DNA from: Diplonema japonicum
Taxonomy: Eukaryota; Protista; Euglenozoa: Diplonemea
Direction of reading: 5' to 3'
Length of the DNA: 64,000 nt
NCBI GenBank assembly: GCA_964019335.1
Contig: OZ025651.1
Span: 372,001 to 436,000 of the forward strand
In this document: one piece after another, positions 44,451 to 53,556 of the stretch
How the letters are laid out: every line of letters begins with the position of its first letter
How positions within the stretch are numbered: the stretch's first letter is position 1
Notes under the pieces: model-generated
Told to the model about the DNA's origin: nothing
Database searches by the model: none
The model's input: only the letters and a program-made list of their open reading frames with translations
Program-made: the position numbers and the translations under genes

Positions 44451-47400
44451 TCACACTAATCGGTCACCGTTCTGCGGTTGCTGTCTGGTGCCTGCGGTGG
44501 CTGTTTGTCGCGATGAGATGGACGGCATCTGGGCGAGAAACACTGCTTGGAGTCGTGCTAGGTAGGGGGGGGTTTGGCTCGAGGAGAAGAGTGGTCTCCT
44601 GTCGTAGCCGTGTGCCGTCGGGCCCCCAAGATGTCGAAGGGTATGCACCCTTGATTTGGCGTTGGCGGGGAAGGCTGACCTTCCACAGCGTGCTGAGCAT
44701 TTCTGGATGCGACCCAAGATGTATCGCATCCTTGCGGCCTTCTCCGTGAGCAGGTCCTGATCGTCGAGGGGACCTATGAGTGACCGGCGGGTGGTCTGCT
44801 CATAGTCTATGGCGAGTTCCATTGTAGTGACGGAAGTTTTCTTCTTACCATCGTACCATCGTAGGCCTCTTAGCCACTTGAGGACGTTCTTCAGATGAAA
44901 GGTCAGGACCGCGCCTGACGCCCCGTTCGCCTTCAGCAACGCTTCCGTCGGAACATCATGTTGCCTCCCTGTCGTTACCTCATCCCAAGGGTTGGAGGTG
45001 AGCACTCTCTTGCTTTTTTCCGCTGCTCTGGCGTCACGGACCGTCACTACTTTCAGGAGGTATTGTTGCACCATCCTGGCACGTTCTTTCCCTGCTTTGT
45101 CGGCTCCTCTTGGGACTATCCCGTGAAGGGCTGTGGCAGCTGGGAGGCCTTCTCGCTTCACCTCTGCGTATTGCTCGCTTTCCAACACACTCCTTGCCGG
45201 CTCGCACTCCCACAGTGCATGCTCCGTCATGCTGGTCGTTGTCTGGGACCGGTGGTCGCAAACGTCACACGCTAATGCTGGGTTTTCCACACCAGGGCCA
45301 TCCAATTTTCTCCCCCACACCCTCGGGTGAGTCGTGAACACTGCACCACTAATGATGCGCCGCAACCTAAAGGACACCAACGGTCTCCGGGCCTGGAGCT
45401 TTTTCCACCAATAGTTCGTGGACGGGCACGCCCCTGCCTCCATCCCCACGAAGGTTGATCTCTTCTCGATCAGCCTCTTCGCAACTGCCGGTCTGATGGC
45501 TTGCCTCACTTTGTGAGCCACCGCTGTATCTCCGTGCAGGTCGGCCACAAAGGACCATCCCTTCCCCAGAAAGGGGAGCCATCTGTTCCGCAGGACTCCA
45601 ATCGGACCCATCACCTCATCGTCATCACGGTCCTGGTATAGACCAATGATCTCACCAACACGCTGCCGCAAACGCGGAGAGGCCAGGCTCTCCCGGACCA
45701 AGCTGTTTATCGTTCCGTAGATGACCTTCGACAGCGGATGTGGCAGCAGAACGCTCAGTACAGACACGGGGTTTCTCATCCCGAACTGGGGGCCCCACAG
45801 GGAGACCACTGCCGCTGTACACATCTTCTTCAGCTGGTCGTCCGAGGGTGCCGCATACGTTGCTCCGTACAGACACGACGGTAGCACAGTGCTCGTCAAC
45901 ATCGTCGACTTGTTCTCAAACCCTAGTGGCAAAGCTCCGAGACGGGTCAGGCGTCCCTCCGCTGCGTCCAGCTTGTCCAGCCTGTGATTCCCATCCATGC
46001 TCAGGTTCACGCCAAGTGATTTGATCTCCCCAGCTACCTTGAACGAGGAACCGGTGCATACTAAACTAGGGCCGATCTCGTTTTTCGTCGAGAATCCCTG
46101 CGACTTCTTTCCGTTGAGGCGCATCTCTGTCCGGTCCCCGAACTCGATCACCTTGTTGGTCGCCCTTGTCAGGACCTCCGCTAAACGCGCCAGGAGGTAC
46201 ACGTCATCCGCGTACGAAAGTGACCAAGCTCCTGGTACTTCCGTCATCACGCACTTCACCATCACCGACACCAAGGCGTTCACCATGATTACCGAGATGG
46301 GGCACCCTTGCAGGATACCATTCGTCACTCGGAACTCTGAGCCAACACCTGTCGGGAAACGGAATCGCCGCTTCAGGTTCGCATACATAGCTTTCAAGGG
46401 GGTCAGTATCCGCTCGTGCAAACCGAGATCTTGCATCAGGCCAAAAGCTATCTGCTGTGGGACTCTGTCGAAGCACTTGACAAAATCCAACGCAATGCCG
46501 TTGAGAGGGGTGCCTGTCAACAGCGCCTCTTCGAGCTGTGTACTGAGCTCCATCAGAATGCTATCCGTGCCTCTCTTCGGTCTGAAACCATGCTGAGAGT
46601 CGTCGATCCACTTCTCTTGCCACAGCGTGATGTCACGCAGCCTCGCACATGCCCACAGCCGATAGACCGCGCTCGTGACTGTGATCGGCCGATGGTTCAG
46701 AGGAGTCCTCTCGCCACCCTTCGGGATCAACGTCACCAGCGCTGTCAGGAGTGCTTTCGGCCACTTCCCTGTCGTCTCGACTGCGTTGAACAGCTCGGCC
46801 CAAGCATCCAGCAGTACTACCGGCATGGCACGCAGTTCCGCCATCCTCCATCCATCCACCCCTGGAGCCGTTCTCGTTGACTTCTTGGCCAACACCGCCC
46901 TCAGATCCTCTCCTGTAAGTGGTCGAAGTTCCATCTTCTGCGACACGATGTACTCCCTGTACCTCGTTCTAAAGGCGTTGTACTGCGGCTCTCCTCGATC
47001 CCCACCGTACAGCTGAAAAATAGGGTCCCACTCCTTGTGCATCATCTTGTCCATCTCTTCAAGATCTGCCGTGAGAACCCCGTCGCCTTCCACTGCCTGC
47101 GTTGCTGATGCCGTTGTGCCCTTCACGAAGGCGGTCACCCTCTTCCGTTCCTCCTTGAAGTGGGTGTTGATCCTCTCTTCATACTTCCTTTCACGCTCGA
47201 CCCTCGCGTCCTTTGCGATCACTCGCGCCAGAGCGGACAGGTCGTCGTCTAGGCGTTGAAGTTTGATGATAATCGTTTCAAAATTGTCCTTCATCAGACC
47301 CACCTCGCATCTCGGAAGCTGCGGGAGCTTCGCTAACACCTTTATAGCATTCGCCCAAGTCCTCAGCAGCTGCTCCGGCATGTTGCTTGCTAGTCCCCTG

Positions 47401-48557
47401 TCGAGCAAATCTTGGACTCCCGCAAGGATGTGCGAGACTTTCCGCTTCACCTCGGCGATGCACTTCTGCCAGCCCACTGCCGCACCTGTCGCCTCAACCA
47501 CAGATTTCGCCGACAGGCACTTCTCCTTTGGTTGTCGCGCCACGCTTCTCCCGACGTAGGCCCTCCGTCTCACCGCTGGCAGGTCCCCGATGCAGCATTC
47601 CTCCGAAACGCACGCTAACGTACTATACGCATCGTCAATGTCGCCGTCGCCCAGCTTCTGCGCAAATCCCCCGACCTGTAGCAGCTCAGCAACTCGGTCA
47701 CCATCAGCAGCTTCCATCGGCAACTCCCTCGGGACGAAGTATTTCCTCGTCATGCACTTGAGGGCCGGGATCCGGAGCTGGATTGAGAGGCAGCGGTGCT
47801 CGTTGGTGTAGACTGCGTCGTGTACCCACACCTTCTGTAGGCCTGCCGCCGCGATCGGGTTCAGCAGAACGTAGTCGATACGCGTCTTCGTGTTGGTGGC
47901 CTGCCTGGCAAAGGTGTGGCATGGTTCCACGCCATCCCTCTCGGCTTGCAGCATAGCAGCATCCACCCAATCGCTCCCCACCGCCTGTTGTAGCACTCCC
48001 GACTGTGACACCGCGGTGTTGAAATCGCCTGCCACGATGATCGGTACGTCACCGAGGACGCATCTCATCTTGTTCAGGACCTTATCCAGCAGAGCCTCCC
48101 GCTGGTGCTTGCCGTGACCGCCCGAGTGACAGTAGACTACGATCAGGTGTAACCACATATCTCGACCATCTAGGTTGATCATCGAGTGTACCCACCTGTT
48201 GTCGTCAGCTCTTCCTGCCGTATCTTTTACCAGAGCAGGTCGGCGTCGCTGCACCAGCAGACCCACCCCGCCCCTCTTCGCCTTATCAGGAGACGCGAGT
48301 CCATCGACCACGATGCCTGGTTGCGGGCTCCCCCACAACGCGCGATACCTACCGTCGTCCTCGACGTGTCTCCCAACCATCTCCTGACCGTGCTCCGTCA
48401 GCTTCACTTCCTGCAGGCATGTCACGTCGCTCCCCATAGCCAGGACCTCGTCAACCTTGTTGCTCAGGGACCCCACATTGAGTGTGGTGATTATGAGCGA
48501 ATCGGGGTCCCTGGCGCCACCCGACTGGACGTCCCTCCGGACGTCCCAGTCCGCACT
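44451..48557 (-). CDS. Retrotransposon ORF2: APE endonuclease + reverse transcriptase + CCHC-type finger; no AUG before the first APE motif, in frame with ORF1
   Basis: LIITTLNVGSL, CLQE, AGDFN, TRIDYVL; APGVDG, LIPK, RPIT, QHGFRP, LDFVKCFD, GILQGCPIS, YADD; CDVC..EHALWEC. Frame is open back to the ORF1 stop. Confidence 0.92.
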   Translation of the reverse strand, partial: SADWDVRRDVQSGGARDPDSLIITTLNVGSLSNKVDEVLAMGSDVTCLQEVKLTEHGQEMVGRHVEDDGRYRALWGSPQPGIVVDGLASPDKAKRGGVGLLVQRRRPALVKDTAGRADDNRWVHSMINLDGRDMWLHLIVVYCHSGGHGKHQREALLDKVLNKMRCVLGDVPIIVAGDFNTAVSQSGVLQQAVGSDWVDAAMLQAERDGVEPCHTFARQATNTKTRIDYVLLNPIAAAGLQKVWVHDAVYTNEHRCLSIQLRIPALKCMTRKYFVPRELPMEAADGDRVAELLQVGGFAQKLGDGDIDDAYSTLACVSEECCIGDLPAVRRRAYVGRSVARQPKEKCLSAKSVVEATGAAVGWQKCIAEVKRKVSHILAGVQDLLDRGLASNMPEQLLRTWANAIKVLAKLPQLPRCEVGLMKDNFETIIIKLQRLDDDLSALARVIAKDARVERERKYEERINTHFKEERKRVTAFVKGTTASATQAVEGDGVLTADLEEMDKMMHKEWDPIFQLYGGDRGEPQYNAFRTRYREYIVSQKMELRPLTGEDLRAVLAKKSTRTAPGVDGWRMAELRAMPVVLLDAWAELFNAVETTGKWPKALLTALVTLIPKGGERTPLNHRPITVTSAVYRLWACARLRDITLWQEKWIDDSQHGFRPKRGTDSILMELSTQLEEALLTGTPLNGIALDFVKCFDRVPQQIAFGLMQDLGLHERILTPLKAMYANLKRRFRFPTGVGSEFRVTNGILQGCPISVIMVNALVSVMVKCVMTEVPGAWSLSYADDVYLLARLAEVLTRATNKVIEFGDRTEMRLNGKKSQGFSTKNEIGPSLVCTGSSFKVAGEIKSLGVNLSMDGNHRLDKLDAAEGRLTRLGALPLGFENKSTMLTSTVLPSCLYGATYAAPSDDQLKKMCTAAVVSLWGPQFGMRNPVSVLSVLLPHPLSKVIYGTINSLVRESLASPRLRQRVGEIIGLYQDRDDDEVMGPIGVLRNRWLPFLGKGWSFVADLHGDTAVAHKVRQAIRPAVAKRLIEKRSTFVGMEAGACPSTNYWWKKLQARRPLVSFRLRRIISGAVFTTHPRVWGRKLDGPGVENPALACDVCDHRSQTTTSMTEHALWECEPARSVLESEQYAEVKREGLPAATALHGIVPRGADKAGKERARMVQQYLLKVVTVRDARAAEKSKRVLTSNPWDEVTTGRQHDVPTEALLKANGASGAVLTFHLKNVLKWLRGLRWYDGKKKTSVTTMELAIDYEQTTRRSLIGPLDDQDLLTEKAARMRYILGRIQKCSARCGRSAFPANAKSRVHTLRHLGGPTAHGYDRRPLFSSSQTPPYLARLQAVFLAQMPSISSRQTATAGTRQQPQNGDRLV
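48523..48551 (-). promoter_or_regulatory. Candidate readthrough-stimulating RNA hairpin 6 nt 3' of the ORF1 UGA
   Basis: Sense strand: UGA AGUGCG GACUGGGACGUCC GGAG GGACGUCCAGUC (12 bp, one bulged G). Confidence 0.55.
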
Positions 48558-50987
48558 TCAATTGAACTCGGTGTCGATGTCCTGGACAGCCAGGGGGGCG
48601 ACCATCGGGGTTAGCTGCTGCTGCACAGGTGTCCCGCCAGCTGCCGCGGCACAAAGGGGGGTGCTGTTGGGCATGATCATCGGCGTCATCTCCCTGCCTA
48701 TTCCAGCGGTGGGGACAAGGGCACCTGAGGCCGCTTTCTTGTTGCCCGGCTCGTCCTCGCACTTCCTCTTCCCGCCTGTCTTCCTTGCCGCTTTCGCCTG
48801 TGCCTGCATCTCCTTTTGGATTGAGCCCACCGCCTGTGCGAGGTTGTTCACCGCAGAAGCAATCACGTCCAATTGCTCCAGACGTGCAGCCATCACTCCC
48901 ATCTGCTCGCTCAGCGTTTGCACGTTCTGTTGCACGGACATCAACAGGTTGGCCGTCGACGCGTTCTTCCTCTCCATGTCGACGAGCCGGGCCTCCATGG
49001 TCTTCCTCTCCTGTTCGTTCTCCAGTTCCATCCTTCGCGCCCATTCCACGAACTGGTCGGTGGATGCGGTACCGGAGGTCGCAGATGGCGGTGCCGACGC
49101 CGGCGCCTGCATCACCGGTGTCGTCTGCGGTTTGCAGAAATGCGTCGACTGCCCAGACTGCTGCGCTTGCCCAGGCTGCTGTGTCTCGGTCGCTTGTGGT
49201 TGAGGTTGAACTCCCGGTTGGGGTGCTGCAGTTGGATTCGGTGCTGGCCCAGCTTGTCTTCCCCACACGGCGTTCGGCGGCAAGGTGAAGACCGGCGTGT
49301 TCTTCACCTCCTTCTTCTTCTTATTCTTGCCCACCCTCAGCAGGTCCCCTTCCATCGGCTGGATGGCCCACCTCACTCCCTGGACTGTCAACACCAAGCT
49401 CCTTGGTTCGGTCGTCGCAGTCACCACCCACGTCTGTCTGCCACCATGCCTGTGCAGCTTCTTCCTCACCGTTGCTGGCCACCCGGAACGGCTCAGCTTG
49501 CCCTCGAGCTCCAGCCCGTTCATTGCTACCGGGACTCCCTGCACCTCGTAGTGGGCACCCTCCAGCAGGTCTACGGCGGTCGCTGTTGTCTTCAGATCTG
49601 CATGGCGGTCCTTGAGGATCTGCCTTGCGGTGTTGAGTCCGTCCTTTGGCACCCGAACGCCGTACGTGACAGTCTTGCTCGATTTTTTCAGGGTCAAACC
49701 CCATCCGCCGATGTCATTCTTCATCTTCAGGGCAACCTTCAGAGCCGTGTTCTCCAGCCAGATCACTGGCAGCAGGTCACGCGCCTCCCAAGGCTGCCTG
49801 ACGAAAACGCCGTCCTCTCCGCTGCGCGTTAGGATCGCCTTAACGTCTTCCTTCTTTACCGTGATCGGTATTTCTAAAATACCGTCCTTCTTTCTGCCCC
49901 TCTTAGCGAGGTACCTCCCTGCGCGTTCTCTCAGCCATGCCAGCAGACGCGGCCGAGCTTTCTCGGCGTCCTGCGTCGTCTGCGCCAGGAGAAAAAGCTC
50001 TGCAGTGCACGTGGGCTCAGGCTCCTTCTCCTCCGTCTCCTCCATGTCCTCGACAGTCTCGCTAGTGGGCATTGCCGGGTCGCCGTGCCTTGCCGTCACG
50101 TACAGGCGCCTGTACGTCTTGCCACGTCCCTCGTTTGTCACCAGGAGGACCTCCGCCATCTTACCGCAGAAGTAGGGTAATCGTCCCCAGGAAACCACCG
50201 TCGCCGCTGCCGTCCCCTTCAGCCACTCTGCCGCCTGTCGCTCATCACCCTGCGGCACCAGGTACACCGCGCGCTCTTGCACCGTCTCCGGGCCCTGCCA
50301 CTCCTGCACGTGGACCTGCCACTCATCTCCATCGAGGCACCCCTCGACGGGCTTGCGTACTTCTTTCTTCTCGGGCTTCGAACCACCCTTGGCCACGCTG
50401 CGTAGAGGAATGGGGTATCTCGGCCTCGGCTCATACTCATCTGCGTCCGGCTTCCTCGCTCCTTCCTCCCTGCTGAGACACACGTAGTGGTCTCTCACAT
50501 ACCCTAGCCACAGCTCCTGTGTGGTCACCATCCCACCCACCGGCCTGGAGGTGGTGCACACCAGGCGGTCGTCCCGGACCGCGTACACACAGATCACGCG
50601 GCCCATGGCTCGCGCCAGGGCATTCACCGCCATCCGGTCTCCCCACGTCCCCGGAAGAGCCACCAGCCGCTGGTACTCCTTCCACGCCCCCTCCGGGTCC
50701 TCTCCAATCATGAAGGACGAGAAGTCCTTCGTCGCCAGGTCTGCCGCCACTGCCTCCCTTAGGGCAGCGGCCCCGTCTCGCGCTCCGTGCACCGCGTATG
50801 AGGCTGCCTCATACAAGCAGTCTCCCGGCCTCCTCCCCACGTCTTGGACCTTCCAGCCCATCCCCAGCCTGCCGGCTAGGTCGCCCACCGCTTCTCCTTG
50901 CCTGGTGGATTCGCCAGACCCCCCTTTTGGAGGAGCCTGCCCAGGAACCGCCCTCGTGGAGGCTCCACCTCGGCCTTTTGGTGGCAT
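48558..50987 (-). CDS. Retrotransposon ORF1: N-terminal OTU-like cysteine protease, central domain, C-terminal coiled coil
   Basis: PGDCLYEA..LREAVA..TWGD..NALA..ICVY..LWLGYVRDHYVCL (OTU Cys, WG and His-Tyr motifs); heptads near the C-terminus. Confidence 0.8.
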   Translation of the reverse strand: MPPKGRGGASTRAVPGQAPPKGGSGESTRQGEAVGDLAGRLGMGWKVQDVGRRPGDCLYEAASYAVHGARDGAAALREAVAADLATKDFSSFMIGEDPEGAWKEYQRLVALPGTWGDRMAVNALARAMGRVICVYAVRDDRLVCTTSRPVGGMVTTQELWLGYVRDHYVCLSREEGARKPDADEYEPRPRYPIPLRSVAKGGSKPEKKEVRKPVEGCLDGDEWQVHVQEWQGPETVQERAVYLVPQGDERQAAEWLKGTAAATVVSWGRLPYFCGKMAEVLLVTNEGRGKTYRRLYVTARHGDPAMPTSETVEDMEETEEKEPEPTCTAELFLLAQTTQDAEKARPRLLAWLRERAGRYLAKRGRKKDGILEIPITVKKEDVKAILTRSGEDGVFVRQPWEARDLLPVIWLENTALKVALKMKNDIGGWGLTLKKSSKTVTYGVRVPKDGLNTARQILKDRHADLKTTATAVDLLEGAHYEVQGVPVAMNGLELEGKLSRSGWPATVRKKLHRHGGRQTWVVTATTEPRSLVLTVQGVRWAIQPMEGDLLRVGKNKKKKEVKNTPVFTLPPNAVWGRQAGPAPNPTAAPQPGVQPQPQATETQQPGQAQQSGQSTHFCKPQTTPVMQAPASAPPSATSGTASTDQFVEWARRMELENEQERKTMEARLVDMERKNASTANLLMSVQQNVQTLSEQMGVMAARLEQLDVIASAVNNLAQAVGSIQKEMQAQAKAARKTGGKRKCEDEPGNKKAASGALVPTAGIGREMTPMIMPNSTPLCAAAAGGTPVQQQLTPMVAPLAVQDIDTEFN

Positions 50988-51086
50988 TTTGTCTTCGCGA
51001 CTTTTGATGTTAAAAACCCGAAACCCAGTGTTCCCTGGAAAAAAAAAACTGTACCCCTTTGTAAAAAAGGGTAGGGTAAAAACATT

Positions 51087-51593
51087 TCAAAAACCGTAAA
51101 TCTTATTAATCTCGTCGTCCGTGTACGCCGTCTTCTTGGGTTTTGACAATCGCTCTGCAGAGACCTTCATGACCTCCTGATCAAGCTTCACTACATCTTT
51201 CCTTTTGAAGGTGAATTTCGACTCAAGACGCTGGTGCTTCTCGTCTTTCTGTCGTATTGCTTCTGTGTATATTCGCTGCACAGACCCCTCTATCTCCTCG
51301 ACAGCCATTTTCTGCGGCAAGGCTGATGCGTAATACTTTTGTTTCAACTCTTTTGCCTTGACTTCCCTCCTCTTCATCTCAGCGCCATACTGCCTGTCGA
51401 TGCTCTCCTGTAGTCTGGCAGTGGAAATAGTCCTCGGGGCCTCTTCCTGATAAACCTTCTTCACCAGCTGTTCGTGCTTCTGCTCCTTCAGCCTGACCTC
51501 GTCTTCATAAAGACGTTTCACAGCAGCGTTCTTCTGTTCCTCATTCAACCGTTTTCCCTTTGAAGCGTTTGCATCCACCACACCATCCACCAT
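51087..51593 (-). CDS. Hypothetical helical protein with repeated (V)xRLY motifs
   Basis: AVKRLY, SIDRQY, SVQRIY, SAERLS repeats. Confidence 0.7.
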   Translation of the reverse strand: MVDGVVDANASKGKRLNEEQKNAAVKRLYEDEVRLKEQKHEQLVKKVYQEEAPRTISTARLQESIDRQYGAEMKRREVKAKELKQKYYASALPQKMAVEEIEGSVQRIYTEAIRQKDEKHQRLESKFTFKRKDVVKLDQEVMKVSAERLSKPKKTAYTDDEINKIYGF

Positions 51594-51710
51594 TTTTTTT
51601 TCCCCCTTTTTTTTTTTTTTTTTTTTTTATAAACCGCCTGTCAACACACTGTCACAGAATTTTAAAAAAAAAAAATTTTTTTTTTTATTATAAAAAGAAA
51701 TCTAATTTTT

Positions 51711-53450
51711 CTAAAATCCGAAAAACCTACAATCGGCAAAGAAAATCAACAGTTTATCACGGGCGGCCGTCAGGTTGGGGTTTTTGAAGTGGATGTAATG
51801 CGCCGTGCGGACTAGCAAGTCTGTGAAGGAGTGAGGGGACAGCACGCCGATGGGCCCGTCGGAAGGGAACAGCACTGCGGACATACAAAACGCCCTCTGC
51901 AAGACACGGCGCGATATTTTCTCGGGGAGGAAGTTCCGCGAGCGGAGAAACCCTGCGTAGTTTTCCAACCCACCTTTACACTCGTTGAACAACTTCTCGA
52001 TGGAAGGCAGCGCCACGTCGAGAATAAGAAGCGCATCTTGATCCAACTCAATACACCCGCCCAACGAATCTGGCGTACGTTTACAATTCAACAAAATGTA
52101 ATCCGTGAACAACTGTTGCAGTGGAACCGTGGGTTGCAACTGTTTTCCGACCCACGACAATTTTTCCGCAAGATCCTGAAGCCCCGTAACTGTGACATCC
52201 TTCGGGATATCCTTTTGGTGAAGCTTCTTTGAACAGCCACGTCTGTGATGATGCCCCAGGGCATCTAACGGTGACCGCAACAACCCTGCCTCCGTCAACA
52301 GCTTCATGAAACAATTCCTTGACAACACCATTGATGAAGGATCGCAGTATGCAGTGTAAATCGACAGTAAATCCTTCTCGATGTCATAGGTAGGAAGTGG
52401 GGGTTTAGAAGCTGTAGATGGTTTCTTCAAAGGCTTCGGCTGGACCGTACAGCTCGACCCCGCTTTGCGTAGAAACCTGTCCAGCTTCTCGGAATCCGTA
52501 ACACCGATTTCTTCAAAAAAATGGAGCAGCGAGACTTGAAAACCTACCGTGGCGTCGGTGCTGACAGAACACAGAGAAAACACCGACAAAACATCTATAA
52601 CATCTTGGTACAAAAACGTTTGGTTCTCCCCGTTGGCCAGGGCGTACCGAGCTGCTATGTCATCAAGGAATTGAGGGGGTTGCGGGATGCCGAACACCAA
52701 CATCATTCGATGCAAATTCTCAACACCAACCCCTCGTGAACGGTGTCTGACCATGAGATCTGAACCGCCTCGTGTGGAACATTCCCTGGCGTACCAGAAC
52801 CCGTAGAATAGCTTTGTGAGCTGTTCGTTGTATTTTGCGAGAAAGTCCAGAACACGTGGATGGGATATTCTTTCCAACGCTTTGTTACGCTGGGAGATCG
52901 CCTCGAGGCTTCCTAGTATCTTCGATGGGAGGTGATGGGTTATGAAATTGTTTACTTTTGTGAAGTCGATGTGAAGGGTGGACGATCCGCCCAGCTTCGC
53001 GTTTAGTAGGATCGAAACCAGCATTTTAAATGTGTTTTGCTGGATCTCCGCGCCGATTAGTTCGACTGGCATCAGTGCTGTTATCTTGTGCAAAGGTAAC
53101 ACATTGTCGCATATCGATTTTCTGAGAAATTTGCAGAACAGCGACCAGCCCATCACGTACTCGTCGCCGTCACGAGGTGCGCCCCTGCAAGCGCAGGCAC
53201 ATAGCCCGTTGAACGCCTCTGTCAGTAGTTCTTCGCTTTCGCAGCTGAGCTTTGTCTCTTCGGGGGCAAATGTGTGGTTGGTTGGGTCTGTTGTTGGTGC
53301 ATACACCCCAACAGAGCCTTCTCGTTGTGTCGACGCTGACCCCGCGCGGGTCCCCGACCGAGATGAATCCTCCAAAAAACTCCACCCTCGTAGATCAGCG
53401 GAGACTACAATACGATCGGCTTCTCTTTCAAGCACCACATGTGGAGACAT
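51711..53450 (-). CDS. Hypothetical protein with degenerate EF-hand-like helical repeats
   Basis: 579-aa ORF; e.g. LLSIYTAYC..LSRNCFMKLLTEAGLL. Confidence 0.65.
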   Translation of the reverse strand: MSPHVVLEREADRIVVSADLRGWSFLEDSSRSGTRAGSASTQREGSVGVYAPTTDPTNHTFAPEETKLSCESEELLTEAFNGLCACACRGAPRDGDEYVMGWSLFCKFLRKSICDNVLPLHKITALMPVELIGAEIQQNTFKMLVSILLNAKLGGSSTLHIDFTKVNNFITHHLPSKILGSLEAISQRNKALERISHPRVLDFLAKYNEQLTKLFYGFWYARECSTRGGSDLMVRHRSRGVGVENLHRMMLVFGIPQPPQFLDDIAARYALANGENQTFLYQDVIDVLSVFSLCSVSTDATVGFQVSLLHFFEEIGVTDSEKLDRFLRKAGSSCTVQPKPLKKPSTASKPPLPTYDIEKDLLSIYTAYCDPSSMVLSRNCFMKLLTEAGLLRSPLDALGHHHRRGCSKKLHQKDIPKDVTVTGLQDLAEKLSWVGKQLQPTVPLQQLFTDYILLNCKRTPDSLGGCIELDQDALLILDVALPSIEKLFNECKGGLENYAGFLRSRNFLPEKISRRVLQRAFCMSAVLFPSDGPIGVLSPHSFTDLLVRTAHYIHFKNPNLTAARDKLLIFFADCRFFGF

Positions 53451-53556
53451 CAAAATCCCTTTGAAAGATAAAAAAATTCGGGGGAATATGAAAAGAAAAA
53501 AAAGAGAGAGAGAACACTTTTTTTTTCTCTTTTTTTTACCCTCCCTCCCGCGTCTT

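Larger units (their letters stand above)
44401..51038 (-). mobile_element. Full-length APE-RT non-LTR retrotransposon (6638 bp) between T-tracts
   Basis: Two intact long ORFs with ~50-nt UTRs; bounded on the + strand by A27 (44374-44400) and A10 (51039-51048). Confidence 0.92.

Noticed and set aside
50988-51038. ingi/L1Tc 77-nt signature (HDV-like ribozyme) at the LINE 5' end
   Set aside because: The UTR is only ~51 nt and only a 4-bp CCAG/CTGG hairpin is evident; no nested pseudoknot could be drawn.
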